DNA of 64,000 nt from an uncultured bacterium (GTDB taxonomy: Bacteria; Bacillota_I; Bacilli_A; RF39; UBA660). The stretch spans positions 62 through 64,061 of the forward strand of contig CAUERX010000004.1 of NCBI GenBank assembly GCA_959020415.1, written 5' to 3'. The notes under the pieces were generated by a model. It had not been told where the DNA came from. It did not search any database and saw only the letters and a program-made list of their open reading frames with translations. Shown one piece after another: positions 9,939-19,869 of the stretch. Position 1 is the first letter of the stretch, and each line of letters starts with the position of its first letter. Both the position numbers and the translations under genes were made by a program.

Positions 9939-10739
9939 ATGTTACTTATATATTTAATTCTAGGAATAATTCAAGGATTTACTGAGCCAATACCTGTTTC
10001 ATCTAGTGGACATTTAGTAATATTTAAAAACATTTTTAATGTTGAAGCATTAAATGATTTGAATTTTGAAATTATATCTAATTTTGGCAGTTTTATTGCA
10101 ATTGTTATTATTTTTAGAAAAGACATTGCTAAATTAATTAAAGACTTCTTTATGTACATCAAAACAAAAAAAGTTGAATATCAAAGTGGTTTTAAATATT
10201 GCTTACTAATAATTGTTGGAACAATTCCGGCAGGCATTGTTGGAATATTAACCAAAGATTTCATTAGTGAACATTTAAGCGATGTAAGATTTGTTGGAAT
10301 TGCTTTACTAATAACCGCTTTATTCCTATTCTTAATTAGAAAACTAAAGGGACGTAAAAACGATGAACAAATTACCTTTAAAGACGCCTTACAAATAGGT
10401 TTATTTCAAGTAGTTGCATTATTTCCAGGAATTAGCCGCAGTGGTGCTACTTTAGTAGGTGGTATGTTCTCAGGTTTAAAAAGAGAAACCGCTTTCAAAT
10501 TCTCATTCATGTTATATATTCCAATTACCTTAGCCACTATGGCCTTAGGCGTTAAGGATATCGCCGAAACAGGAATTGAGACTAACTTATTAATGTGCTA
10601 TATTGTAGGAGCAATAGCTGCTTGTATAGTTACATTTTTCGCAACAAAATGGTTTAGAAATATAATGCTTAAAGGCAAACTTATATATTTCGTTTACTAC
10701 TGTATTATTGCAGGCGTATTAGTTATATTATTTTTATAG
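9939..10739 (+). CDS. uppP: Undecaprenyl-diphosphate phosphatase
   Basis: 266-aa polytopic protein. N-terminal GFTEPIPVSSSGH and PGISRSGAT motifs typical of BacA/UppP. TGaTATAAT extended -10 at 9886-9894. Confidence 0.85.
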   Translation: MLLIYLILGIIQGFTEPIPVSSSGHLVIFKNIFNVEALNDLNFEIISNFGSFIAIVIIFRKDIAKLIKDFFMYIKTKKVEYQSGFKYCLLIIVGTIPAGIVGILTKDFISEHLSDVRFVGIALLITALFLFLIRKLKGRKNDEQITFKDALQIGLFQVVALFPGISRSGATLVGGMFSGLKRETAFKFSFMLYIPITLATMALGVKDIAETGIETNLLMCYIVGAIAACIVTFFATKWFRNIMLKGKLIYFVYYCIIAGVLVILFL

Positions 10740-10741
10740 GA

Positions 10742-10769
10742 GAAATGGAAAACAAACCATTTCTTTTTA
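10742..10769 (+). terminator. Terminator after uppP
   Basis: AGAAATGG-aaaacaaa-CCATTTCT followed by a T-run. Confidence 0.6.
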
Positions 10770-10778
10770 TTTGTATAT

Positions 10779-10807
10779 TGACAAAGTTACAGTAAGGAAT
10801 TACAATT
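10779..10807 (+). promoter_or_regulatory. Sigma-A promoter
   Basis: TTGACA (10779-10784), 17-nt spacer, TACAAT (10802-10807). Confidence 0.5.
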
Positions 10808-10834
10808 TAATTAAGCAGTATAGGGGGAAACAAC

Positions 10835-11776
10835 ATGGAACAACTATCACAAATAAATAAACAACTTATCGATTTATTAATTAAAGGAACACCAAATGAA
10901 TTAATATGTAAAAAATTAGGTATAAACAAAGAAAGTTTTAAACGTAGATTAGAAACGCTAAAAAGATATGGTTATAACATTAATAGGCAAATATATTATA
11001 ATGGTACGCAAAAATTTGTAGTTTCTAAACAACTACCAAAAGCATTCACGACACTTTATGGCATTCCTGGTAATCAGGTTAGTTTTCTATTTGCCGCTGA
11101 TCAACACATTGGAAGTAAAAAGGAAAACTTAGATTATGCAAAAATTTTATATCAATTTGCAGTGGACAACGGATATTCTATAATTATAAATTTAGGGGAC
11201 ATCGTAGAAGGCCTGCTAAACCCCCACATGCACAAAACCCATTTAGAACAACTATATTATTTTTTAGAAAATTATCCAAAGGATGAAAGAATTCTTAATA
11301 TAAATGTATTAGGAAATCATGAAGGAGATTTTACAAGAAGCCTTGGTATAGACCTCCATACACTTTTAAATAAAACCACTGAAAGAGATGACATAATATC
11401 TCTAGGTTTTGGCGTCCAACGCTTAAGAATTGGCAGTGACGAAATAACAATGGCTCATCAAGCAAGAGATTTAAAATCAGTTGATGGTACATGTAAAGTT
11501 TCTGCCCATGGTCACCGTTATCAATTTAAAGTAGATAATTATACACCAACTATGTTTTGTATGACATTGAGTGATGAAACAAAAGACGGATTTCCTCCAG
11601 GTTTTGTCAGTGGTGATTTTCTATTAGATAGCACCGGAAGATTCCATAAGGTCACTTTTACACAGTACCTTATTTTAAACAATCAAATAATAAAAGCTGG
11701 CCATAACCATTTTAATTTCAGTACAAGTAGTAATCCAGACACTGAAAAAACTTATAAAAAAAGTACTTTTCACTAA
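10835..11776 (+). CDS. HTH domain fused to a calcineurin-like metallophosphoesterase
   Basis: N-terminal about 60 aa is HTH-like (ELICKKLGINKESFKRRLETLKRYGY). Phosphoesterase motifs follow: AADQHIGS, GDIVEG, GNHEGD, GHRY. Confidence 0.55.
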   Translation: MEQLSQINKQLIDLLIKGTPNELICKKLGINKESFKRRLETLKRYGYNINRQIYYNGTQKFVVSKQLPKAFTTLYGIPGNQVSFLFAADQHIGSKKENLDYAKILYQFAVDNGYSIIINLGDIVEGLLNPHMHKTHLEQLYYFLENYPKDERILNINVLGNHEGDFTRSLGIDLHTLLNKTTERDDIISLGFGVQRLRIGSDEITMAHQARDLKSVDGTCKVSAHGHRYQFKVDNYTPTMFCMTLSDETKDGFPPGFVSGDFLLDSTGRFHKVTFTQYLILNNQIIKAGHNHFNFSTSSNPDTEKTYKKSTFH

Positions 11777-11819
11777 AAAATCACAGTATTAATATATAAT
11801 TATATTAGGAGGTAAGATT

Positions 11820-12488
11820 ATGAAACTGCTTATTGTTGATGACGAAAAACTAATTAGAGATGTTATTACTGAATACGCTAAAAACGAAAAGTTTGAAACC
11901 TTAGAAGCCGAAGATGGTAAAGAAGCTCTAGAAATAGTAAAAAACAATGAAATAGATTTAGTTGTCCTAGATATTATGATGCCCAAAATGGACGGTTTAA
12001 CATTTTTAAAAGAAATGAAAAAAATTAATAATATTCCCGTCATTATTCTTTCTGCAAGAACTGAAGAATATGACAAACTAACTGGCTTTGATTTAGGCAC
12101 CGATGATTATTTAACAAAGCCATTTAGTCCAAAGGAACTAATTGCTCGTATAAAAGCCATTTTAAAGCGCTGTGGAACCAATTTAGACAACATGTATGTG
12201 TATAAGGATCTAACCATTAATTACGACGCCCATAGTGTCTATATTGACAATAAAGAATTAAAACTTACACCAAAAGAATATGAAATGCTCTGTCATTTTG
12301 TTAAAAACAAAAACATTGCTTTATCAAGAGAACAACTTTTAAGTAATCTTTGGGGCTATGATTTTTTCGGAGATGATCGTACTGTCGATACCCATATTAA
12401 AATGCTTCGTAATAATTTAGGAAAATACCGTGATTTAATTATCACCGTTAGAGGAGTAGGTTATAAATTTGTCACAGATAAAAACTAA
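11820..12488 (+). CDS. OmpR-family response regulator
   Basis: Receiver domain (LIVDDE, DLVVLDIMMPKMDG, KP) plus winged-helix output (TVRGVGYKF). Confidence 0.9.
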   Translation: MKLLIVDDEKLIRDVITEYAKNEKFETLEAEDGKEALEIVKNNEIDLVVLDIMMPKMDGLTFLKEMKKINNIPVIILSARTEEYDKLTGFDLGTDDYLTKPFSPKELIARIKAILKRCGTNLDNMYVYKDLTINYDAHSVYIDNKELKLTPKEYEMLCHFVKNKNIALSREQLLSNLWGYDFFGDDRTVDTHIKMLRNNLGKYRDLIITVRGVGYKFVTDKN

Positions 12489-13899
12489 CTTAAAAAAATT
12501 TAAAAGCCTTATTAGTCAAAAAATAAAGAAAAACAGTATGGCCACTAATATCTGGCTTTTTCTCATTATTTTTTCTGTACTAATTTTAGGTTTTCTATGG
12601 TTTTTCCAAATAGTATTCCTAGATAGTTATTATGAACATTATAAGACCAAAGAATTAAACAACGCTGCAGAGGAATTAAAAAAAGATTATGAAAAAAATA
12701 ACCTCGATTCATTAGAAAGCATTGCTATGAAAAATGGCATTTGTATAGAAATATATAACGAAAACACCAATAATTACAACGGAACATATTTCAATCAAGG
12801 CTGTATGGAATTTGGTAATCGAAATTTTGATGTTAAAAAAGATTTTATTAGAAGCGGAGAAAACCAAAAAAAGTACAATCTAATTAACAACAAGTTTCAA
12901 AACGAAACGTTAATATACGCTTTAAAATTAGACAATAGTACTTACGCTTTTGTTAATGCATCACTAGTTCCAATGGATAGTACAATTACAATCCTTCAAA
13001 GTCAATTAATATATGTTACTTTAGTTGTTTTAATTCTCTCATTTGTTATTGGCTACTTCATTTCCAAAAAACTTTCAAAACCAATTACTAAAATTAGTAA
13101 AGATGCCAAAAAATTAGCAGAAGGCGACTACAATGTAATTTTCTCATCAAATGAAGATATATATGAGATAAATGAATTAGTTGATACTTTAAACTACACC
13201 AGACAAGAATTATCAAAAACAGAAGAACTAAAACGTGACTTGATGGCCAATGTCTCTCATGATTTAAAAACACCATTAACCATGATTAAAGCCTATGCCG
13301 AAATGGTTCGTGATTTAACTTATAAAAATAAGAAAAAACGCGAAGAAAATCTTAATACCATTATTAATGAAGCCGATAGATTAAATCTATTAGTTAATGA
13401 TATTCTAGACTTATCAGCTTTGCAAAACAGTGAATCAGGATTAACATATGAAGAATTTAATCTCGTAGAATTAACTAATCAAATAATCAAAAGATTTGCG
13501 ATTTCAACCGAAAAAGAAAACTATAAATTTGTTTTCAAGCATCCAAAAGAAGCGAATGTTCTAGCTGATAAAAAAAGAATATATCAAGTTATTTACAATT
13601 TAATAAATAATGCCATCAATTATACTGGAAAAGATAAAAAAGTTACTGTCAGTATTACCGAAAAAGAAAATACATATCTAATCGAAATTACGGACTCTGG
13701 GGCTGGCATTAAAGAAGAAGATTTAAAATATATTTGGGATAAATATTATCATAGCGATAAAAAACATAAGCGCAATGAGTATGGAACTGGACTTGGTCTA
13801 TCCATCGTTAAAAACATTCTCCAAAATCATAAATGCAAATATGGTGTTAGTAGTTCATCAAAAGGAAGCACATTCTATTTTGAAATTGATAAATCATAA
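12469..13899 (+). CDS. Sensor histidine kinase (two TM, about 130-aa extracytoplasmic loop, HAMP, HisKA, HATPase_c)
   Basis: H-box SHDLKTPLT, N-box NLINNAINYT, G-boxes DSGAGI and GTGLGLSIV. Start is uncertain (TTG 12469 or ATG 12538). Confidence 0.85.
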   Translation: MSQIKTNLKKFKSLISQKIKKNSMATNIWLFLIIFSVLILGFLWFFQIVFLDSYYEHYKTKELNNAAEELKKDYEKNNLDSLESIAMKNGICIEIYNENTNNYNGTYFNQGCMEFGNRNFDVKKDFIRSGENQKKYNLINNKFQNETLIYALKLDNSTYAFVNASLVPMDSTITILQSQLIYVTLVVLILSFVIGYFISKKLSKPITKISKDAKKLAEGDYNVIFSSNEDIYEINELVDTLNYTRQELSKTEELKRDLMANVSHDLKTPLTMIKAYAEMVRDLTYKNKKKREENLNTIINEADRLNLLVNDILDLSALQNSESGLTYEEFNLVELTNQIIKRFAISTEKENYKFVFKHPKEANVLADKKRIYQVIYNLINNAINYTGKDKKVTVSITEKENTYLIEITDSGAGIKEEDLKYIWDKYYHSDKKHKRNEYGTGLGLSIVKNILQNHKCKYGVSSSSKGSTFYFEIDKS

Positions 13900-13921
13900 A
13901 GTCACTTTCTAGTGACTTTTT
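13900..13921 (+). terminator. Terminator after the two-component operon
   Basis: AGTCAC-tttcta-GTGACT followed by TTTTT. Confidence 0.6.
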
Positions 13922-13989
13922 AACATACCCTAGACCAAGTATATAAAAATTTGGTATAATAAATTAAATAGAAAATTTAGGTGATTACA

Positions 13990-14913
13990 ATGTTGTATTT
14001 ATTTTACGGAACTAAACAATTTTTAATAAAAAAAGAGATAGAAACAATTCAAAAAACATTCAACCCAATTAATATCAGTTACTATGATTTAGATAATAAT
14101 TCTATTAAAGATGTTATAGATGATTGTCAAACAATTTCTTTATTTGATGAAAAAAAACTAGTAATATGTGAAAACGCTAATATGTTTACTGGTAGTACAA
14201 GTAAAGATGCCGAGATAATTGAGGAATATCTAAAAAATTCCAATCCTAACACCACCTTAATTTTCACCGTCAACAACGAAAAAATTGATGAGCGCAAAAA
14301 AATAACTAAAACTATCAAAAAAGAGGGGACCGTTAAAAGTTTTAATGACAATATTAATGCCATAGATCTTGTTAAAAGAAATTTCAAAGATTATAACATA
14401 TCGCCAGCAACAATCAATTTATTGATCGATAGAGTAAGTTCTAATCCCTTAATTCTCGAAAATGAAATAAATAAAATTAAAATATATAAAGACGACGATA
14501 TAAATATTACAAACAATGACATTATAAATCTAACTACTAAAACTATCGATATTGATATTTTTAAACTAATTGATTATATTATCAAAGATAACAAAGATAA
14601 AGCCTTAGAAATATATTATGAAATGCTAAAAGTTAATGAGGAACCAATAAAAATTATTATTATGCTTTCTAACCAATTTCGTATCATGTATCAATCAAAA
14701 CAATTATTAAAAAAAGGATTGTCAGAAAAAGATATTGCTAGTATTTTAAAAATACATCCTTACCGTGTTAAATTAGCAATTCAAAATAGCCGAAGTTACG
14801 ATAGTAAAACCTTACTAACTTATTTGTCAGAATTAGCCAATATTGATATCGATATCAAAACTGGCAAAACCGATAAAGATCTAGCCTTAGAATTATTCAT
14901 ACTAAAAAGATAG
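13990..14913 (+). CDS. holA: DNA polymerase III delta subunit
   Basis: About 307 aa. N-terminal YLFYGTKQFLIKKEIE and the overall delta-subunit layout. AGGTGA RBS before the ATG at 13990. TGgTATAAT extended -10 at 13951-13959. Confidence 0.6.
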   Translation: MLYLFYGTKQFLIKKEIETIQKTFNPINISYYDLDNNSIKDVIDDCQTISLFDEKKLVICENANMFTGSTSKDAEIIEEYLKNSNPNTTLIFTVNNEKIDERKKITKTIKKEGTVKSFNDNINAIDLVKRNFKDYNISPATINLLIDRVSSNPLILENEINKIKIYKDDDINITNNDIINLTTKTIDIDIFKLIDYIIKDNKDKALEIYYEMLKVNEEPIKIIIMLSNQFRIMYQSKQLLKKGLSEKDIASILKIHPYRVKLAIQNSRSYDSKTLLTYLSELANIDIDIKTGKTDKDLALELFILKR

Positions 14914-14928
14914 AGATTTCTATCTTTT
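14905..14928. terminator. Bidirectional terminator between convergent holA and rarA
   Basis: AAAAGATAGA-gatt-TCTATCTTTT overlapping both stop codons. Confidence 0.6.
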
Positions 14929-16136
14929 TAATTTTCTTTTACTCTTTCAAGTTTATCATAAATTTCTTTAATACTACATTCATATTTACTAGTATTTTTA
15001 GGAATATAATATTTCCTTCCAACTAACTCATTCGGTAAATATTGTTGTTTAACAAAACTCCCTTTATAATTATGCGGATATTTATAATCCTTAGAATTAG
15101 TTTTTATATGTGATGGAACTTTACCAACATTGCCCTTACGAATGTCGTTTAATGCTGCATCAATTGCCATATAAGCACTATTACTTTTAGGCGATAATGC
15201 CATTTCAACAACTATTTCACCTAAAGGAATACGCGCTTCTGGAAGACCTAAACGTTCGCACGCCATAATACAAGCATTTAATCTTGGACCAATACTTGGG
15301 TTCGCTAAACCAATATCTTCATAAGCAATAACACTCAAACGTCTAAATATAATATCTAAATCATCAGCTTCGATTAATCTTGCTAAATAATGAAGAGCTG
15401 CATCAACATCACTACCACGAATGGATTTTTGCAAAGCACTAATTACATCATAATAACCATCATCATTCTTATCAATATAGAGGTTAGGTTTATTATTTAT
15501 CTTTTTAAGTAACTCTAAATCAATTTTAAAATCCGAAGAAGAGTAATATGCCACCTCAAGCAAATTATATGCAAATCTAAGGTCGCCACCAGCCAAAGAA
15601 GCAATATAATCTAAAGCATCTTCATCAATTGATAATTTATCCAAATGCTCAAATCCCTTTTTAAGTCCTTCTTTAATATCAGAAATTTCTAAAGGTTTAA
15701 GTTCAAATAGTTGACATCTACTTCTTATTGCTGGATTAATAGAATGATATGGATTAGCCGTTGTCATTCCAATTAAAGTAATAATTCCATTTTCAAGATA
15801 GGGGAGAAGTAAATCTTGCTTGTCTTTATTTAAACGATGAATTTCATCCATAACTAAAACAAAGCCGTCTATTCTCTTCGCTTTAGTTACCATTTCGTCA
15901 AAATCCTTTTTACTATTTATAACCGCATTTAAAAAACCATATTCCAAATTTAATTCATTAATAATTGTATAAGCCAAAGTTGTCTTTCCAGTTCCACAAG
16001 GGCCATATAAAATCATTGAAAATATTTTTTTATTATTAACTAAATTTCTTAAAACTTTGTTTTTCCCAATAAGATGTCTTTGTCCAACAATATCATTTAA
16101 AGTATTTGGACGAAGCATATCCGCTAAAGGTTTCAT
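14928..16136 (-). CDS. rarA: Replication-associated recombination protein A (MgsA/RarA AAA+ ATPase)
   Basis: Walker A GPCGTGKTT, Walker B VLVMDEIHR, C-terminal ISALQKSIRGSDVDAALHYLARLIEADD. AAGGTG RBS before the ATG at 16136. Confidence 0.9.
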   Translation of the reverse strand: MKPLADMLRPNTLNDIVGQRHLIGKNKVLRNLVNNKKIFSMILYGPCGTGKTTLAYTIINELNLEYGFLNAVINSKKDFDEMVTKAKRIDGFVLVMDEIHRLNKDKQDLLLPYLENGIITLIGMTTANPYHSINPAIRSRCQLFELKPLEISDIKEGLKKGFEHLDKLSIDEDALDYIASLAGGDLRFAYNLLEVAYYSSSDFKIDLELLKKINNKPNLYIDKNDDGYYDVISALQKSIRGSDVDAALHYLARLIEADDLDIIFRRLSVIAYEDIGLANPSIGPRLNACIMACERLGLPEARIPLGEIVVEMALSPKSNSAYMAIDAALNDIRKGNVGKVPSHIKTNSKDYKYPHNYKGSFVKQQYLPNELVGRKYYIPKNTSKYECSIKEIYDKLERVKEN

Positions 16137-16275
16137 AAACATCACCTTTATAAATTATAACATTTATAACATAATAAGTAAATTAAGCAAATATTCTTTA
16201 AACGTAATAACCATAAAATTTACCCAACATAAAAGCATAGTAAACTAAAACTATGCTTTTTATATATTTTAAAAG

Positions 16276-16908
16276 CTAAAAATATAAATATTTGAAACCC
16301 AAAGCTTTATAAATAACTGATGCTCTAGGTAATGAGAACAAATTAGCAAACACTAAATTATAAAGCTCATCTAGTAAAAAGATTGTACACAAAGTATAAC
16401 TAAACGCTAAAAAAACTTTTTTATCGATATGTTTTGCTAAATAAAAGCAAAAGGGAGCAATCAAATACATTAATAGCAAACTAGAAAAACCAAATACTAA
16501 AACACTTCGTAAACAAACATAACCATTAATACTTCCAAAACTTAAAATTTCTGAATCATAGTCCCAGCACCTAACACTATTAAAGTGTTCCATGCCCCAG
16601 CCGCCAATATATTCTAATATACCACTAGAAACAACACTGATTAAAAAAATCAGCCATGGTTTTTTCCTAAATCTATAAGTTAACAAAAATATCATAACTG
16701 CACCAATCGCATATATATTAATCCAAGGTAAAAAATTACCGCCTCGCCAATAAAATTCCTTCATACCGCTATTAAAAAAGTAAAAAATAAATTCATATAA
16801 AAATCCAAACACTCCCGCAATAACAATGATTAAACAAATTATTCCAACCATTGTACTACTATCAAAAGTATGATCTTTATTCAAATAATCTTTAAATTTT
16901 TCTCTCAT
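16276..16908 (-). CDS. Polytopic membrane protein (possibly the DUF1113/PF06541 family)
   Basis: Six predicted TM segments. GGWGMEHF...CWDY block. Start is uncertain (16941, 16923 or 16908). Confidence 0.4.
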   Translation of the reverse strand: MREKFKDYLNKDHTFDSSTMVGIICLIIVIAGVFGFLYEFIFYFFNSGMKEFYWRGGNFLPWINIYAIGAVMIFLLTYRFRKKPWLIFLISVVSSGILEYIGGWGMEHFNSVRCWDYDSEILSFGSINGYVCLRSVLVFGFSSLLLMYLIAPFCFYLAKHIDKKVFLAFSYTLCTIFLLDELYNLVFANLFSLPRASVIYKALGFKYLYF

Positions 16909-16991
16909 ATAACTTACTTCCATTTCTACTTTAAGTCCCAAAATATAATATATCTAATTAAAACAGTACTTAAAAAACGAATATATTCGCT

Positions 16992-17666
16992 TTATAAATT
17001 CATATTTTCAAGCTTAATATACTTACTCAAATCGTCTTTTGATAAACTTTCAATTCCAAGAACAATAGTCGCGTAATAATCATCATTAATAGGATAGAAA
17101 ACATAAGTAACTCTATATGTAAAGCCATCCTCTTTATAATCAATATAAAATGCCATTGTATCTTTTCCATTAATTTTCGTACTATACTCATTTAAAGTAT
17201 TTTTGTTAGGATACTTCGTATCATATATCTTTTTAATGTATATTTTCTCATTTTTATAATAATCATCATAAGCATAATCTAAATAATAAATAAGGTAATC
17301 GCCAAATACATTTTCATATTCCTTATAATCTTCCGTATTGCCATCAGACTCATGATATCCATTAGGAAGTTCAAAAGATAACTTTGTATTATCCAAAGTT
17401 AAATTGACGTATCCTTTATCGATTGTTTCCTCTGTTTCAATTTCATTGTCTACATAAGCCGTTAACCCAACCGTCCAAAATATAAAACTCATTGCTATAA
17501 TAAAAACAAATACTCCGCCGATAACCAATCCCACAATAGCGCCTGTACTCATTCCCTGACGTCTAGGTGGCATTGGAATCTTATTAATTGGCTCTAATAA
17601 ATGACCGCAATTTTGACAAAATCTTGAACCTTCTTGAATTTTTGAACCACATTTTTCACAAAACAT
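16992..17666 (-). CDS. Zinc-ribbon membrane protein with an extracytoplasmic domain
   Basis: N-terminal CEKCG...CQNCG double CxxC, one TM, then about 150 aa of Tyr/Asp-rich exterior domain. Confidence 0.6.
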   Translation of the reverse strand: MFCEKCGSKIQEGSRFCQNCGHLLEPINKIPMPPRRQGMSTGAIVGLVIGGVFVFIIAMSFIFWTVGLTAYVDNEIETEETIDKGYVNLTLDNTKLSFELPNGYHESDGNTEDYKEYENVFGDYLIYYLDYAYDDYYKNEKIYIKKIYDTKYPNKNTLNEYSTKINGKDTMAFYIDYKEDGFTYRVTYVFYPINDDYYATIVLGIESLSKDDLSKYIKLENMNL

Positions 17667-17794
17667 ACTCTCACCAAGCCTTCATCTAAATTATTAATGA
17701 AATTATATCACAAACATAGCAAAAAACATAACAATAAAGTAATTAAGTTGAATTTTAAAAATTATTCTGTTAAAATTTAATATAGGGTGGTAAT

Positions 17795-18688
17795 GTGGAA
17801 ACAGAGTATGAAAAAAAAATAGAAGACTTTGAAAGTTATTTACTGTTAGAAAAAAAATACAGCAAAAATACCATTGTCTCATATCAAAATGACCTTTCAA
17901 AATTTAAAGAACATTTCATCAAAGAAAAAAAAACATTAAAATCACTTGATAATAATGATTTAAAAGCTTATGTTCAAAGCATTAACAAAAGTATGAGCGC
18001 AAAAAGTGTATCAAGAAATATCAGTACTTTAAAAAGTTTTTATAACTTTTTAATGATCGAAAAATATGTTAATAAAAGTCCATTAACAAATGTTATTAAT
18101 CCAAAGGTTAAAAAAGAATTGCCAAAAGTTCTTTCAGAAGAAGAAGTAATCAAACTTTTAGATTTTCAAATAACCGATAATTATGGTTATCGCAACAAAG
18201 CCATGCTAGAGCTCATGTATAGTAGTGGTCTTCGTGTAAGTGAATTAATTAATCTTAAAATAACCGATATCGATTTAGAACTAGAAGCAGTTAGAATTTT
18301 TGGTAAAGGTTCAAAAGAAAGAATCATTCCTTTAGGAGCTTATGCTAGTTTAGCCTTAAAAGATTATATAACATATTACAGAGGTAGCCTTTTAAAAAAG
18401 AAAAACAGTGACTATCTTTTTCTAAGCAGTCGCGGTGACAAAATGACAAGACAAGCTTTTTTTAAAATATTAAAGAAAATAGCTAAAGAACAAGGTATTA
18501 AAACTGAATTTTCACCACACACTTTAAGGCATTCATTCGCAACACATCTTTTAAAACATGGTGCTGATCTTAGAAGCATTCAAGAATTATTAGGTCATAG
18601 CGATGTTTCATCAACTCAAATATATACCCACATAAGCAATGAAAAATTAAAAGAAAATTATAAAGAAGCGCACCCTCATGGAAAGTAG
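17795..18688 (+). CDS. xerD: Tyrosine recombinase XerD/XerC type
   Basis: 297 aa. SAM-like N-domain. Catalytic region GLRVSELINL, HTLRHSFATHLL, LGHSDVSSTQIYTH. GTG start. No flanking phage or mobile-element genes. Confidence 0.8.
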   Translation: METEYEKKIEDFESYLLLEKKYSKNTIVSYQNDLSKFKEHFIKEKKTLKSLDNNDLKAYVQSINKSMSAKSVSRNISTLKSFYNFLMIEKYVNKSPLTNVINPKVKKELPKVLSEEEVIKLLDFQITDNYGYRNKAMLELMYSSGLRVSELINLKITDIDLELEAVRIFGKGSKERIIPLGAYASLALKDYITYYRGSLLKKKNSDYLFLSSRGDKMTRQAFFKILKKIAKEQGIKTEFSPHTLRHSFATHLLKHGADLRSIQELLGHSDVSSTQIYTHISNEKLKENYKEAHPHGK

Positions 18689-18697
18689 GAATTAATA

Positions 18698-19156
18698 ATG
18701 AATAAATATATGCAAATAGCTCATGAGGAAGCTAAAAAGAATGCCAAGGAAAATTTTATAAATGGTGGCCCATTTGGTGCCGTTATTGTTAAAGAAGAAC
18801 AAATTATTGCTCAAGATCATAACAGTGTTTTTAAAGACACTGATCCAACCGCTCACGCCGAAATAAACGTTATAAGAAAGGCCTGTAAAACTTTAAACAC
18901 CAACGACTTATCAGGATGCACTTTATATACAAGTTGCTATCCTTGTCCAATGTGTTTTGCAGCTATCGTTTGGGCTAACATTAAAACTATCTATTATGGA
19001 AACACTAAAAAAGATGCTGATGAAATAGGATTTCGCGATAACTATCTTTACGAATTACTAAAAAATCCAGAAAAAGATTTAAAATTAATACAAATAGATC
19101 ATGAAGAGACAATTAAAACATTTGATGAATTTAAAGAAAAACCCAATCTATACTAA
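18698..19156 (+). CDS. Nucleoside/guanine deaminase (CDA zinc-binding fold)
   Basis: HAE and PCPMC zinc ligand motifs. 152 aa, similar in size to Bacillus GuaD/TadA-like deaminases. Confidence 0.7.
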   Translation: MNKYMQIAHEEAKKNAKENFINGGPFGAVIVKEEQIIAQDHNSVFKDTDPTAHAEINVIRKACKTLNTNDLSGCTLYTSCYPCPMCFAAIVWANIKTIYYGNTKKDADEIGFRDNYLYELLKNPEKDLKLIQIDHEETIKTFDEFKEKPNLY

Positions 19157-19166
19157 GGAGTAAACT

Positions 19167-19859
19167 ATGAAATGGAATAAACAAACGTATACAGAGTTTA
19201 TAGAGTACTTATACAGTAATGCTGATGAGATATACCGTGATTTCACTATAAAGCTATTAAATGACAATAAAACTACAGTCATTGGTATAAGAATACCCCA
19301 ACTTCGAAAAATTGCCAAATACATCGTTAAAAACGATTGTAAAGGTTTCATTAAGCATAATAGTCATACCACTCATGAAGAGAAACTTTTGCACGGTCTT
19401 ATTTTAGGATACTTAAAAATAGATAAAAAAGAAGTTTTAAAATTAATTGATGAATTTATGCCTCATAATAACAACTGGGCTATAAATGATACTACAACCA
19501 ATAATTTAAAAATATTTAAAAATATATCTATAGATTATCTTGACAAATACTTGAAATCAAATAATCCTTGGGAAACAAGATTTGGTTTAACATTATTAAT
19601 AAGTCATTATGTAAACGAAGATAATATTGATAAAATTTTAAAAATATGCGATAATGTAAAACATGATGACTACTATGTCAAAATGGCTAATGCCTGGCTA
19701 CTATCAATTTGCTATATTAAATTTTCAAAACAAACACTAAAATATTTAAAACACAATAACCTTGATAATTTTACTTTTAATAAAACAATTAGTAAAATTT
19801 GTGATTCTTATCAAGTCAGTAAAGAAGATAAAAGTTATTTAAAGGCCTTAAGAAGATAG
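19167..19859 (+). CDS. DNA alkylation repair protein (AlkD/HEAT-like repeat family)
   Basis: 230 aa. N-terminus YTEFIEYLYSNADEIYRDFTIKLL...IGIRIPQLRKIAK is typical of PF08713-type proteins. Confidence 0.6.
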   Translation: MKWNKQTYTEFIEYLYSNADEIYRDFTIKLLNDNKTTVIGIRIPQLRKIAKYIVKNDCKGFIKHNSHTTHEEKLLHGLILGYLKIDKKEVLKLIDEFMPHNNNWAINDTTTNNLKIFKNISIDYLDKYLKSNNPWETRFGLTLLISHYVNEDNIDKILKICDNVKHDDYYVKMANAWLLSICYIKFSKQTLKYLKHNNLDNFTFNKTISKICDSYQVSKEDKSYLKALRR

Positions 19860-19869
19860 GAGAGAGAGA

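Noticed and set aside
16057-17900. Short ORFs 16057..16248, 16870..17076 and 17703..17900 in or near the rarA and xerD promoter regions
   Set aside because: They overlap the 5' ends or promoters of better-supported genes on the opposite strand, are low-complexity and Phe/Ile/Leu-rich, and lack RBSs.
17795-18688. Tyrosine recombinase as a marker of an integrated mobile element or prophage
   Set aside because: Its size and motifs fit chromosomal XerC/XerD. Its neighbours are housekeeping genes (deaminase, DNA repair). I saw no flanking direct repeats, tRNA target or phage genes.
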